A stretch of 64,000 nucleotides of DNA from Sphyrna mokarran (lineage: Eukaryota): NCBI GenBank assembly GCA_024679065.1, contig JAGIQG010000002.1:71424001-71488000 (forward strand), read 5' to 3'. The translations under genes and the position numbers were made by a program. Under the pieces are notes generated by a model. That model saw nothing but the letters and a program-made list of their open reading frames with translations, had not been told where the DNA came from and did not search any database. How positions within the stretch are numbered: the stretch's first letter is position 1; every line of letters begins with the position of its first letter. Shown here one piece after another: positions 26,086-38,932 of this stretch.

Positions 26086-29000
26086 CTTATCCAGGTTAAG
26101 GGATATTGTCTAGCATTTTCTTGCAAATTGTGGTATCATGTAGTGTGCTTCACTACTTTGCAATCAGAGGAGGACGGCTGGTAACTGGTCAACGATAAGA
26201 CTGTTGATAAAGAATTGAATACAGATTGTTAGTAACAATTGTTGTGCTGTTGAGACTGATTCATTCAGCACATATTCATAAAGGTACAAATATTATTAAT
26301 TGGAGAATGCAGCCATTAAGGATCTGCCTCTTCTCAGAAACTTGTCTATGGCTTTTACGGTGCCAATTTTTCTCTACATGAGAGATCATGTGGTCTTTAT
26401 AGCCATTTCTTCAATGCCCGTTCATTGATTTGTAAAAATATAGGACTCGGCTCCTCGTGCATCTATAGTGATCAAACAGCTTACTGAAATGTCCTCTCAG
26501 TGTTCAGCAGCTCTGCAACAAGACCCAGTCCCATTGATTCCAAGGGACTCATGATACTACAATGCAACTTAGCACTACTGACATGCCTAGAACTCACGTA
26601 TCACTGCAGCAGAGTGCTCAGAAGGGATTAGGAACAATATGGACAAAAACAATGGGTAAACTCAGAGATAATGGATTTTATTTTTCTGTAAGCATTACAT
26701 ACACGATAAAATTACTATTTTGTTGGATTCTTGGATTGAAGTGCCTACAAACCAGGGGAAGAGCAGATCTGATACTATCAATTAGGTTTTACAGATGTTA
26801 ATATTATCTTGAAGATTTCAGAGATTACTTTCCAGTGTTTTTTTCAACAATCCTCCAGTAGTGAATGTATTCACTGCCAAGGGATTGACTGATCAGGGAA
26901 GACTGATGCAAAGGTCAAAAAGGAAAATACTGGAAATACTCAGCAGGTCTGGTATTATCTGTGGAGAGAGAAACCAAGTTAATGTTTCAAGCTGAAACTT
27001 GTCATCAGAAATTGCAAAAAGTTCAAAACGTAGTTGGTGAAATGAAAAAAGATCAAAAGGGAAGATGTGATAGGACAAAAGACTTGGAGACATTAGAAGA
27101 GAATTGGAGATGGAGTGCCAATAGGAATAGTAATGAAACAAATGAAGAAACAAAAGATGAGTTCAGTGGAGGTTTGGATTGCAGAGTAATGAACAGCTAC
27201 CAAAAGCAAAAATGAAAACAACAAGAGAAAGGCTGATACACACAAAGGGAAGGAAGCAAAATGGGAAAGCAAAGATTAAGGTCTGAAGTCAATAAACGCA
27301 ATTTTTTTTATTCATTTGTGGGACATGGGCATCACTGACTGGGCTGGCATTTATTGCCCATCCCTAGTTGTCCTTGGAGGGGAGTTGAGCATCAATTACA
27401 TTGTTATGGGTGTGGAGTCACATGTAGGTGAGGCCAGGTAAGAACTGTAGATTTCCTTTCCTTCCTTCAGGTAAAGACATTAGTGAACCAGATAGGTTTT
27501 TCTGACACTGGACAATGGTTTCAAGGTCATCAGTAGGTTCTTAATTCCAGATATTTTTCTGAGTCCAGAAGTCTGTAACCTGTCTTAGCAAAAGATGAGG
27601 TGCTGTCCTTGAGGCTTTGAACTTCATGAGAACACCCTCCTAGACAGCGTGAGAGTTAAACTGACAACTCACTGCAAGCTGAAGGTCACTGCTAGCAGAC
27701 TGAAATTTTTACTGTTTGCGAATGTTTTACTTCAAATGGAATTGGGCCCTTTTCAGCATTGATCTAGAGATGGTGTTGAGAAACATTGGGTTACGTGATG
27801 CAATAAAACATTAAATTCAAAATCGTTAATAGTTTCACGGTTACAAACGTTACTGTTAACAAAGATAGACTTGTCGAATTTTTTCTTGATCAGAATTTTT
27901 TATCCAAGACCAGTTCGAACTTCAAGAATATTCACAAAATGTGATTACCGAAAGCTACAGATCATTGTAAAATGGAAGGCGCTTCCTTCTAATTGTATTT
28001 CTGGAGAGAGTCTATCTTTCCCTGCGGATCATAGTCATTTTAAAAGCATGTCCAGATGTGCATAAGGGATGAAATGCTGACTCGGGCACGGCTAAGGAAA
28101 AAAACAGCCCATTGTCTCCATAATTCAAGCTTAGTATCCCGGATCATTTAGAAATAACCGTGATTAAAACAATGTGATCTCGCTGCCTGATAACATAGGT
28201 GAAACCCCGTCAACATGAATATATGGCCCCCGACCCAATTTCACATCTGGCTAACATCTTCACATTTTAGATAAGAGAACTACTCGGCAAGAAGGGGTGC
28301 TGCTGCCGCCTGCTACTTCTATATGTCTGAACATGATTTTTCTTGCCCTGTGTCTCTTTTCCAATGAAACGTGAGCGGAGTTTTTGTTCCCTTTAGGCGC
28401 TAGACTGTGTTAAGAATTTGCCGATACGGCTTGGTGGCCATCACCAAACTGAAACCAACGCTACTTTCCTCCAAATGAGAAAGTTTCCAAAAATAATTTC
28501 GACTCTCGCACTCTCTCCATCTCCACCAAAATAGACAAGTGGTTCCGGAGATGTACAAAATGTTATTGATACATGTGCGATTGCAAAATTACTAAGTTAC
28601 TCGGTTATCCAGCATTTTGAATGACTTAGTCTGACTGACGTACAATTCAATAGACACAAAAGGAATGTGAGTATGTGGCATTGTCTACAGCTCTTAGCTG
28701 CAGATAAGAGCACAGTATCTGGTCATCTGGGGAGAGAAAACCTCAGCCACGATTATAATTAACACTGCATTTTAAATATAGCCAGTTTTCAAACCAGTTT
28801 GAATAGAAGATATTGTAAAGTGGTGAAATTAATCTGCATAGATACTGAAACCAGCACGAAGTCAGCAATAGACAGGTTGTATGGTTATATAATTTTGGAC
28901 AGTCTTTAAAAAATGTGAAAACCTTCTGTAAGCATAGCACCACCCCCACTCTCCAACTTTCCCCCACCCCCATCGCAAGTATAACTGCCTTCGTGTGATG

Positions 29001-30121
29001 AAACTTGGATTTGGAACTGGAATGGCAATTCCATCACTTTTTTTTAAGAAACTGACACAATTGAATGCGTTTCCGCTAAGCCACGAGTACACTTTAGATG
29101 AAGGCTGGGTTCTGATGAGAATGAAACCCTTTTCGGTTTAGCAATGATAAGACTTGCAACACTACTATAGCGGGGGCAATTCTGCATGGCGCTAACTGTC
29201 GGAGGCAAAAGGATGAACGGACAACTTTGACATTGCCGTTAAAAAGTTTTGTAAGCTTTTCAGAAGACACTAGTGGTGGAAGCTTACTGAATTAATCGTT
29301 TTATTCACAGAGACAAGCAGCGTCACCTAATCTTTTAACGTAAATGACATTTTGTACAGAGAGAGACGAAATGTTCCTCACTCCTATTGTAGCTGATGAA
29401 GGGACTTCATGTACATTCGGTGACAGTTCATTATGGTCCTGTGTAAACTTACAACTGCATTGCGACTCAGAAGCGACATTAATGTAAATTAAATGTGGAT
29501 TCAAACAAAAGAAAGTGTGTGTTTTTTTAACAATAGATGGTGTCATGCATGATTCATTTAGTCAGATATGGTTTATTGTACAGGGATACACTTATTTTAA
29601 TGTCTCATACCCTTCAGGGTGATTTTCAAGCGTGGTAGTGAGCATCTCCCTCTCTGCAATGTACTTAAATAATCTTTCGGTTGTCTCTGTTCCTTCACAA
29701 TGTAATTTGAACCCCTGCCGTTAGCTGTCTGTATACAATCGTTACCCTTGCGCAGGTTATGAAACCATTTAGGAATCTAAAACAAAAGCAAGATGATTTA
29801 AGAGCCTTGTTAAAAGTGCCTGCGTTGAAAGAAGGGAGCACCGTGAACTCTTGGGCAAAGGGCGTGGAGCTCAAAATATCATCCTTTTGATTTCGCTGTT
29901 CTTCCTTCTCATTGAAATAAGTGTCGAAGTTTCGACTAAATCCACTGGACTTTAAATTCTGCCCCGTAGTTAGCACAGATACCCGTTCTTTCCGATGCAA
30001 GTAACTGAGACGATCGTTAAGCTTTTGCTGCCGAAAAGATGGAATTTGTCCCAAAACAAACTGTTACAATGTTCCGTTCCTCGAGTTCGGAGACAAACTT
30101 TGCTCCCTTTATTCCACCCTT

Positions 30122-30130
30122 CCCCCCCCC

Positions 30131-30161
<31 letters not shown>
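30122..30161. repeat. Poly-C tract (C9-T-C30)
   Basis: Directly visible homopolymer about 320-360 nt upstream of the inferred transcription start. Confidence 0.9.
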
Positions 30162-30359
30162 ACCCTCTACAGTCTAGCTTGGTTAGTGCTAGCAGTTTGC
30201 TGACAAGGTAACCATCAAGGTGGGGGCAGATATTAAATACCCCAAGACAGTTCGCAAAGACTGACCCGAGGAGGCAGAGGGCTGGATTTAATTAAGTGTT
30301 TGTGGAGTCGTCACTGCAGTGATGCTGTGCCAGTATTCCTCTGGCAGGCTGGCCGCATG

Positions 30360-30485
30360 CTCCTCCAATGGACCTGTTGGGGTTGATAGCATTGGGCCGT
30401 AGAGTTTCTATTGGCTGAGGGGATGTCCTGACACGCAGACAGGGATCCTCCTGTACTATAAGAAGGGTACATCACGCTGAAGATA
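30360..30485 (+). promoter_or_regulatory. COL1A2: COL1A2 proximal promoter: CCAAT boxes and TATA box
   Basis: CCAAT at 30365-30369, inverted ATTGG at 30391-30395 and 30410-30414, TATAAGAA at 30457-30464. The following acggcaggagggttctgtaaagtctggag resembles the start of the mammalian COL1A2 5' UTR, so the TSS is inferred at about 30480-30487. Confidence 0.75.
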
Positions 30486-30532
30486 CGGCAGGAGGGTTCT
30501 GTAAAGTCTGGAGTTATCATCACCTCTGTTTT

Positions 30533-30547
30533 ATGCTTGCTGGGTAA
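30533..30547 (+). promoter_or_regulatory. Upstream ORF 1 (M-L-A-G-stop)
   Basis: ATG CTT GCT GGG TAA in the 5' UTR; fibrillar collagen mRNAs carry two short uORFs. Confidence 0.65.
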
Positions 30548-30565
30548 AAAGGCTGGGCTATTTTT

Positions 30566-30611
30566 CACAAGGAGTCTGCATGTCTAACATTTAGACATGC
30601 TCAGCTTTGTG
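30566..30611 (+). promoter_or_regulatory. Collagen 5' stem-loop (LARP6-binding element) containing uORF2 (30580-30594, M-S-N-I-stop) and the start codon
   Basis: cacaagg-agtct-gcatgtctaa-cat-ttagacatgc-tcag-ctttgtg forms two stems and an internal loop, the known 5'SL of collagen I and III mRNAs. Confidence 0.93.
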
Positions 30612-30678
30612 GATACACGGATTTTGTTGCTGCTTGCAGTAACGACGTTCGTTGCAAGAGGCCAATATGGAGATGAAT
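30597..30678 (+). CDS. COL1A2: Collagen alpha-2(I) exon 1 coding part (signal peptide)
   Basis: MLSFVDTRILLLLAVTTFVARGQYGDE plus 1 nt, followed by the donor gtaagt. Confidence 0.95.
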
Positions 30679-32591
30679 GTAAGTGCCCCTTTTAAATCTG
30701 ACAATATAATGTGTATGTTTGTTTAGACGCTGCAGCCCAGTAAGATAAGGCATGCCAGATTCTTTCAGAAACCCGAAGTTCAAACTTATCAAAAAGTATA
30801 GCAGCGAAACAAGACAAATAAAGTTTGACCCGCTATGAATCCAGTAATTTGCAATGAACAATCTCTCTTAAACAAGTAAGACCCTACAATAGCGAAGAAT
30901 CGCACCTTGCTTATTTCGTAAAATATATACAGAAATAGTTCCTTTAAAGTTGCCGTGTATTTTAAGTATTTAAAGGTGTGGCTCGCACAAGCGTTGAACT
31001 TTATACCGAAAACGAGTGCGGGTGCATTTCATATGTTTGATCCTTAAATTAGATCTATGCCACTTATTCTGTTTCACTGGGGCCCAGGTGATACAAGAAT
31101 CTGTGGTCAATTTTTAGATACAAATAAATCGGAAAGTATGTAGTCTGGAAGGGAAGGGTGGACTTTTAAAAATTGATATAAGTTATGATTTCAGTGATAA
31201 ATGCTGGGCTAAACGGGGGAAGAGGGGGGAATGTGGCGAGTATTCTGCTATGTCGCCACCTCGCGTTAGTCCTTACACTCGTGTTGGGCGTTTTGGCTCA
31301 TTGTTCTGCCCAGACTGCAGTGAAGACCGCTTTACTGAGTTTTAGAAATAGTTTTTAAGGGTGTTTGTTCTCATTTCCCATGTCTTTGGTGTGACTAGAG
31401 AATCGGCGAGGTTGCTGTCAGGGTTCTGAGCTGTGTGTTCCGTGCGCCTGGGTTTTTTTTTGTTAAAAGCACTGCCGACTCTCATGTTGTTCTCTGAGGA
31501 AGAGGACTACAGTTTACAAAGTACCCACACGAAGGGCGGTTTCTAAAATCTTAAATCCACTCAGAGGGCGTGGTTTTACTGAGCGGGTGTGTTGGTGGCA
31601 ATGTGGGGGAGGTCAGCAGGTTTGATCATTGGCGGGAATGATAATACATCTGCAGAGCCTCGGTACAGCTCCAAAAAAAACCCAATTGTACAGCGGCGAA
31701 ACAAATGTTGGGGCATTTTTCTAATTAATAACAAATGAGTTTGGGCTTTTTAATGTATTTGGCAGATTATATTGCCTGCAATTTAATTTACATTATATAT
31801 ATATATGCCTGCAACCTATAGATGTAAATTGACCACACCTCCCTATATAGATACATATATAGGTAGACTGAGTGGAAAGATCTGAAACCAACACTAGTCC
31901 TTTGGAGCCTCCCACTGGTAATTTGAAGTAGGTGCTGATTTGGCCCTGGCGAAAGTCAGAGGAATCATTCTTTCCATTTTATTTTGTTTTCTTAATCGGC
32001 CGTTCTCATTTTTTGGGCCGTCTTTTTTCGGGAGCTGGAAAGATAACCTGCGGCTGAGCAAGGCAGCTAGATTGTTTACCACATCGCAGTGATTTTATTA
32101 AAGCATTTATCAGAGTGATATAATATGGATCTGCTGCCAGTGCAAAACCTATCTGGGCTTACCTGCCCTCGTATAAGGGCAAATGGATAATCAAATACTT
32201 TCTATCTCAGTGTTATATGATCCATATTATAAATGTCATGCATTATAAATACGGTAGAAATATTTTTAAAATATCATTTGTCTACCATTGTTTGAAGTGT
32301 ATAGTTCTATACTCATATAACATTGCCACCACCAAGCTAGCCAATATACTCACTAAAAGGTCAAGCAAGTTTCTACTGTTAAGCCTTTTTTATGAATAAT
32401 TTGATTTCAGTGCATTTGTATATATACTTGAAACCAAAACAGAAAACATTGGAAAATCTCAGCAGGTCTGGCAGCATTTCTAAGGAGAGGAAAAACCATA
32501 TATATACATGGTTTGTGGCCACTCGCCATCACCTATCTGCTGTTGCAGCAGGTCTAGCTAACAGCACTGAATGAATGAAAATGCAGGAAAT

Positions 32592-32925
32592 TAGAACATA
32601 GAACATAGAACCATGCAGTGCAGAAACAGTCCCTTCGGCCCATCAAGTCTGCACCGACCACAATCCCACCAGGCCCTACACATTTACCCATTAATCCCTC
32701 TAACCTACACATCCTAGGACATTAAGGGACAATTTTTAGCATGGCCAATCAACCTAATCTGCACATCTTTGGGCTGTGGAGGAAACCAGAGCACCCAGAG
32801 GAAACCCACGCAGACTCGAGGAGAATGTGCAAATTCCACACAAACAGTGACCCGAGCCGAGAATCAAACTCAGGTTCCTGGAGCTGTGAAGCAACAGTGC
32901 TAACCACTGTGCTACCGTGCCGCCC
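32592..32925 (-). mobile_element. HE1/V-SINE in intron 1 (well preserved)
   Basis: Full tail (agaacatagaacatag), core and head (gctaccgtgccgccc). Confidence 0.88.
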
Positions 32926-34789
32926 TAAGAGCAAGGAGGTGTTGAAACCTTTGCCTTGTTAGTGGGTTTTGTGTGTCAGCAGTCTGATGATATCATTGGA
33001 GCATCGACAAGGTAGCCCCAAAGTCATAGGGAGGAAATGTTGCCAGATTGTCATCCTTGATCCTAACACCACTAGCCTTAGTTGGTCCATCAGACCACAC
33101 TTTTTAACCTTCTGCTTTCATCTGCATCATTGAACTGTTAATGTCAATATATAACTGGACTTCAAACTGAAAGCTGATAAAATAATTAACTACCTGAGAG
33201 AGATTTACACACTTGTTCTTAATGTAGAAATACTAGAGCTAATCTAATTAAACAAATTAATAAGGATAAACAATGATTAAGACATCCGTTTAATTTTCTT
33301 TCACATTTCTGATTAATATGCACTAGGACAATATAAAGCCTTTGCTTCACTAAAATTGGCATTTGAGAGAATTTTTAAAATACGTTTTTTATATTTTTAT
33401 CTTTTTTAATTACATTTTTAAATTTAAACTTATTTATACTCATTAATTTCAAGACCAAGGTGAATATGCACCACACTGATAAATAATAAGATTTAATAGG
33501 AATAATTCTTAAAATCAATTCCGAAATAATCTCTCTGCAAACTTGGTGCACAGCATACCTGCTGATTGATACAGTGACAACAATGGACATCAGTCTCCTT
33601 TCCCTTCAGCTGAAGATGAGTTTCTCTTCTAATTTACAGAGATTAGCTCTATTCCAGTGTGAATCCTACTTTAATGAGAACTAACAAAAAAAATGTTTCC
33701 TGTGATATTCTGTTTGGATGATGAAGGGGATAAATAAGATATATCCTTAGTTGGTATATTTGGTTTATTATTATGAGTTTATAAAACAGTCCAAAGAATA
33801 ATTGTTGCATGATAGTAGAGTGACATTAGATATCGTATTTTTTTCATAATTCCAGTATAATAAGATAGGATAAAGATTTTCTTTAAGTTCAATTGACAAT
33901 AAAAATTATATATGAACTTAGATTGGATGGTCTCAACCTTGTCATCCAAATACAAAGAACACAATTGGTGTATTTTTCTAGTAGATGGCAAGCCCGTTTC
34001 TCAAAGTTTAGCTATAGACAACGAGAATTCACTTCTGACAGTGGGCGTTGTGATTCAGCCACATTCTTACATTACATCTAACCCCGATATGCCTGCTTTG
34101 GGAGAACTTGATGCTGGATGCCTGAAATGCAAATGTGCTCCATTTATCTATGAATGCAAAATTCAGCACAGAAATCCTATATTGCATTTAAAAAAATTTA
34201 TGATACTAAGAAGTCATTTATAACATTATAAAGTGTATTAATTACCAAGAATTAAATTTACGTGTCAGATTTTGCTTTGTTACTCCTATGAAACACCTTG
34301 GGAATCTGTATTACATTAAAAGCACTGTGTTCATTATTGTTGTTCATAGTTCAGAATTCAGACATAGCATAGTTCTACTGTGGTTTATTTATTATTGAAA
34401 AAATTATGGTCATAAATGTCTTCATCAATGTAAGAAATAGAAATATATTTTTATTTACTTCATTTTTATTTGGTACATTTTGAAAAATATCACAGGACCT
34501 CCTCAAATATGGGAGAACATTTTACTGTTATTTTTAACAAAACCACATATATGTATAATGCCATTAAAAATTCACTGCAAGTAGTAATCTGACAAAATAT
34601 TCTGCCGTTTTCACTGTAATTATATATTGGCTAATTAATACCACAGAATCAACAAGAGGAGGTTTACAGCAATGTTCAATGATAGTTTTCATATGGAGTG
34701 TTGTGTTTGTATACAATGTACTATTAATGCTATAGTTAGATATGTCATGAATTCATAACTAATACCTTATTTCTGCTCTTTTTCCACAG

Positions 34790-34806
34790 ACACATACGAA
34801 AGCGAG
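34790..34806 (+). CDS. COL1A2: COL1A2 exon 2 (17-nt microexon, (Y)TYESE)
   Basis: ctctttttccacag|ACACATACGAAAGCGAG|gtaagt; phase 1 to phase 0, which fits exon 1. Confidence 0.8.
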
Positions 34807-34898
34807 GTAAGTATTGACAATCATAATCATTAGAAATTCTATTGTACTTTAGTTAGATAAGATAATTAAACAATTTTGTTTTCTCTTGTTTCTTGCAG

Positions 34899-34916
34899 AC
34901 TGACCAAGAATTGATG
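34899..34916 (+). CDS. COL1A2: COL1A2 exon 3 (18-nt microexon, TDQELM)
   Basis: ttctcttgtttcttgcag|ACTGACCAAGAATTGATG|gtgcgt; phase 0. Confidence 0.72.
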
Positions 34917-37900
34917 GTGCGTATAATGACATTTTTTCTTTATGTGATTGTGAACGCTGGCTTGGTGTATTTCTGCAGACTACTGAAATACAAATACGGT
35001 GAGACAACAAGCTATAGCCTCAACCAACATTTGACTACATTTCAGTACTAATTAGACTTCAGACACTATAGAACATTTAACATATCTATTGGAAATTGCA
35101 ACATCAATGTATAATATAGACACAATTCACGAGCCATGATTATTATCTTCTTCATGGTGTTCCCCATACTTTATGGAAACTATTTTACTCATGAGGTACA
35201 TATGTCCACACGCATGTGGCATAAATGACATTCCATTTTTGTAGCCTAGTTGTTCGCTTTGTGTCCACCAATTTGATAAAAACAAAGATACAGCAAAAAA
35301 TTAAAATACAAAAATTCAACATCCTTATCGACATGGATGTTGATGCTACACAAATATTTGAAGTGTGCTGCATGTGAGTTTTTGTCCCCTTTAACTTCAC
35401 ACCCATTACTCTTTTTGTATTCATTCTCGGGACATAGGCCAGCAGTTATTGCACATTCCTATTTGTCCTTGAGAGGGTGGTGGTGAGCCACCTTCTTGAA
35501 TATAATTGAGTGTTTACCAGACCATTTCAGAGGCAGTTAAGAATCAAGCAGTGGAATTCTGTTTGATTATCACAAAGATTTCAACTGTGATTCTTTCATG
35601 CTTTTTTTCTCATGGAATCTTTTGCTGTGAGATGCAGTCAACATATATCCTTCTCCAGTTTTGATTGCAGGATAATCTGAAGCACAGATATTTATCTGCA
35701 TGATTTTTATGGATTGCCGATATTATTCCACTCAGGAAATTAATTTATAATTAGATGATGTTACTTTATTTCCTTCCATCCATGAAATAATATTCATTGT
35801 TAATGTTTTATTGAGCTGCTTGGCTGAGCATTGACCAAATCAAAGAGGCTCTGAAATAAAACTTCGTGATGGACTAAGCTGCATAATCTTTCTCTATTCC
35901 TATTACATATGATCTGATGCTAAGGTAAAGTCACTGTAGTCCCAGATGACCATAGGAGCTGACTGCTGGTGATTTAACATGAGCATCACCACACCTCAAG
36001 CAAGAGGTGACGTTGAGAAGGTGAGGCCTTCATGAATAACCTCAGCCAGTATAGGAATTTAATGCACGCTGTTGATGTTGCTTTGCACCATGCATCAGCT
36101 GTCCAACTAGCTGAGTTAACTATTCTTTTTGAAAAAACAAATAAATTAAATAAACTGAGGGACAAGTTAAAAGGGGCAGCCCCCAAAAAGGAGGGAACCA
36201 CCCAAAACAAAAGGCAAAGCAGAAAGGAAATTTAAAACATTAAATCAAAATGTAGTTAAAGGAGTCAATAATACACCCCAGTCCCCAACTGAGCTAACTG
36301 ACCCCCATGTTCTGGTGTAATAAGCAAACAGCACTATGAAGCAGCCCTGAATAAGCATTTAACTGGTTGGCTACTGTGAAGCGAACATACAAAAAACTAC
36401 ATTATCAAACTTATCCTGTTTGCCGAACTTTTAATTAGGTGGCTTTTCATTCTGTCACTTGTCATAGTACCTTCACACACTAACTGGGAGAGACAGTAGG
36501 CAAAGTTGAAAAGGGAGGTTGAAAGCAGCATTCGAATGTAGAATGTGCTTTTTATTTAGATGAAGGAAATAAAAAAATTGCATTGCTTCTGAACTCATTT
36601 TCGTGTATACATTGATGTTGCAATTTCCAATGGATATGATAAATATGTTAGTATTGAAGTGTAGTCAAGTGCTAGTTGAGACTATAGCTTGTTGTATCAC
36701 TGTATTTGTATCTCAGTAATCTATATTCATCCATGCTTGATTTTAAAGATTTTATGTTAATTCTCTTTTCCCAGCCTCTCTGAGTGATCTTATTGTATTC
36801 CTTTGTGGAATATGGGCAATACTAGCTGGACTAGCACTTATTGCCCATCCTTAATTGACCTAGCTGTTTGTTAGGTCATTTCAGAGGGCATTTAAAAGTT
36901 AACCACATTGCTGTGAGTCTGGACTTACATTTGGCCAGATTAGGTAAGGATGTCAGATTTCCTTTCCTAAGTGGCATTTGTGAACCAGATAGGTTTTTAC
37001 GATAATCAACAATGGTTTCATGGATCATCAATAGACTTTTAAATTCCAGATTTTTATTGAATTATCACCATTTATCACGGTGGGAATCAAACCCAGGTTC
37101 TCAGAGCCCTGTCCCTCTAAGTCTCTCGACAATACCACTTTACCATCACCTCCCAAATCCTTTGCAATTTTTTGCGAAATTCTTTTGCATTTTTTGGCAT
37201 CTTTGTAGGCCCTTTCAGCTACGTGTCAGCTTTGGTTCAATGGTAGCTGTTCTGCCTCCATGACAGAAGGTTGTAAAGTTAAAGCTCCAATGCAGAAGGT
37301 TGAGCACATGATCCAGCCTGGAACTTCAGAGGAGTACTGAAGGAATGCTGGACTGTCAGAAATGAATAATGTTAAACTTGGCTCATCTGCCTTCGCAGGA
37401 CATACTGGTCTGAATTCTCCACACCAGTGCAATTCTCTGGCCCCACCAGAAGTGTATCCCTGCACAGTTTTCCCAGCAGCATGGAGTGGCTCCAATGAAA
37501 GTGCCCATTGACAGCGTCAGAGAATCTCATCGCCAGCAAATGGCACACAAGCTGCCACCACCAAGAAACACATGGCTGGGAGGATCTAGCCCACTATGGG
37601 AATATTGAAAGAAAATTTGAGAAATCTCTCCAATGTTCTGGCCCAAATATGGATCCCTCAATTAATGTCAGCAAAATAGATTCCCAGATCATTTATCTTG
37701 CTGCCACTTGTGGGAGCTTGCTATGCACAAAGTGGTCATCAAGTTTCCCTACATTTGCAATATAATCACCATTAGATAATCAAAGTACTTCATTGACTGA
37801 GAAGTGCTTTGGGATGCCTCGAGTTTATGAAAGACCATGGTTTAAGTACCTCTGCCCATCTATCTATAATAGGGTCCTATCACACACCAATCCAGGCAAA

Positions 37901-37981
37901 GTTAATGTATCAATCTTATAATCATTTGGGACTACGTCACATCTTGTATATCTAACTTGATTTAAATATTTATGTTTATAG

Positions 37982-38026
37982 GGACCACAAGGACCCCCTG
38001 GCAATCAAGGTCCAGTAGGAGACAGG
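37982..38026 (+). CDS. COL1A2: COL1A2 exon 4 (45 nt, minor helix GPQGPPGNQGPVGDR)
   Basis: ag|Gly-X-Y x5|gt. Confidence 0.9.
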
Positions 38027-38298
38027 GTATTTATACTTAAATTCTATGAGTTTACACCAACTTTTTTAATTACAGTATTAGTTGAACCTGTTTGGAGATA
38101 ATAGTGTTGCCGTAGAATATTGTTAGATTTTTCCAGTTATGCTTTCTGCTCATAATCCTGAATTGATTAATATATATTAACTAAAATTAAAATGTATTAT
38201 CTCTCTACTATATTGACTAAATTGCCAAACCTAAACATTTCCTTTTATTAACAAACTGTCAATGGTGCTTATTCACAATTTAAATACTTTTGTCATAG

Positions 38299-38376
38299 GG
38301 CCCTCAAGGACCAGATGGCATGGATGGATTACCAGGAAAACCAGGTCTTCCAGGACCACCAGGCCCACCCGGCGAA
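38299..38376 (+). CDS. COL1A2: COL1A2 exon 5 (78 nt, [26 protein letters not shown])
   Basis: tag|...|gtaagt; end of the N-propeptide minor helix. Confidence 0.92.
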
Positions 38377-38624
38377 GTAAGTTTAGCTGATTTAAAATTT
38401 AGCTGCTTCTATCAATTATTAGACCAATAATTTAGACCAAAGTCAATTAGCATTAATATATGTAAGTAGTACTAACAAAAGCATATAGTCCATCTCCAGT
38501 GCTCTCCCTTCCACCAGTAACATTAAGAAAAATACTTATGCTGAAATCTTGCTGGCCTTTACACCAACGGAATCTTACGGTTCTGTTGCCAGCATAACCC
38601 TGCCAAGGGTTTCCTGGTGATGAG

Positions 38625-38932
38625 TTTAAAATTTATTTATTAGTGTCACAACTAGGCTTACGTTAACACTACAATGAAGTTACCATGAAAATCCCCTAGT
38701 TGCCACGCTCCAGCACCTGTTTGGATGCACTGAGGGAGAATTTAGCTTGGCCAATGCATCTAACCAGCATGTCTTTCAGACTGTGGAAGGAAGTCGGAGC
38801 ACTCAAAGGAAACTCACTCAGACACAGGGAGAATGTGCAGACTCTGCACAGTCAGTGACCCAAACCGAAAATTGAATCCAGGTCCCTGGTGTCGTAAGGC
38901 AGCAGTAATAACCACTGTACCACTGTGCACCC
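38625..38932 (-). mobile_element. HE1/V-SINE with the alternative tail, in intron 5
   Basis: atttatttattagtgtcaca..ttaacactacaatgaagttac tail plus core and head; sits inside a MITE-like sequence. Confidence 0.8.

Noticed and set aside
29995-30177. ORF ending in poly-proline
   Set aside because: It is only the translation of the poly-C tract in the promoter region, with no splice or homology support.
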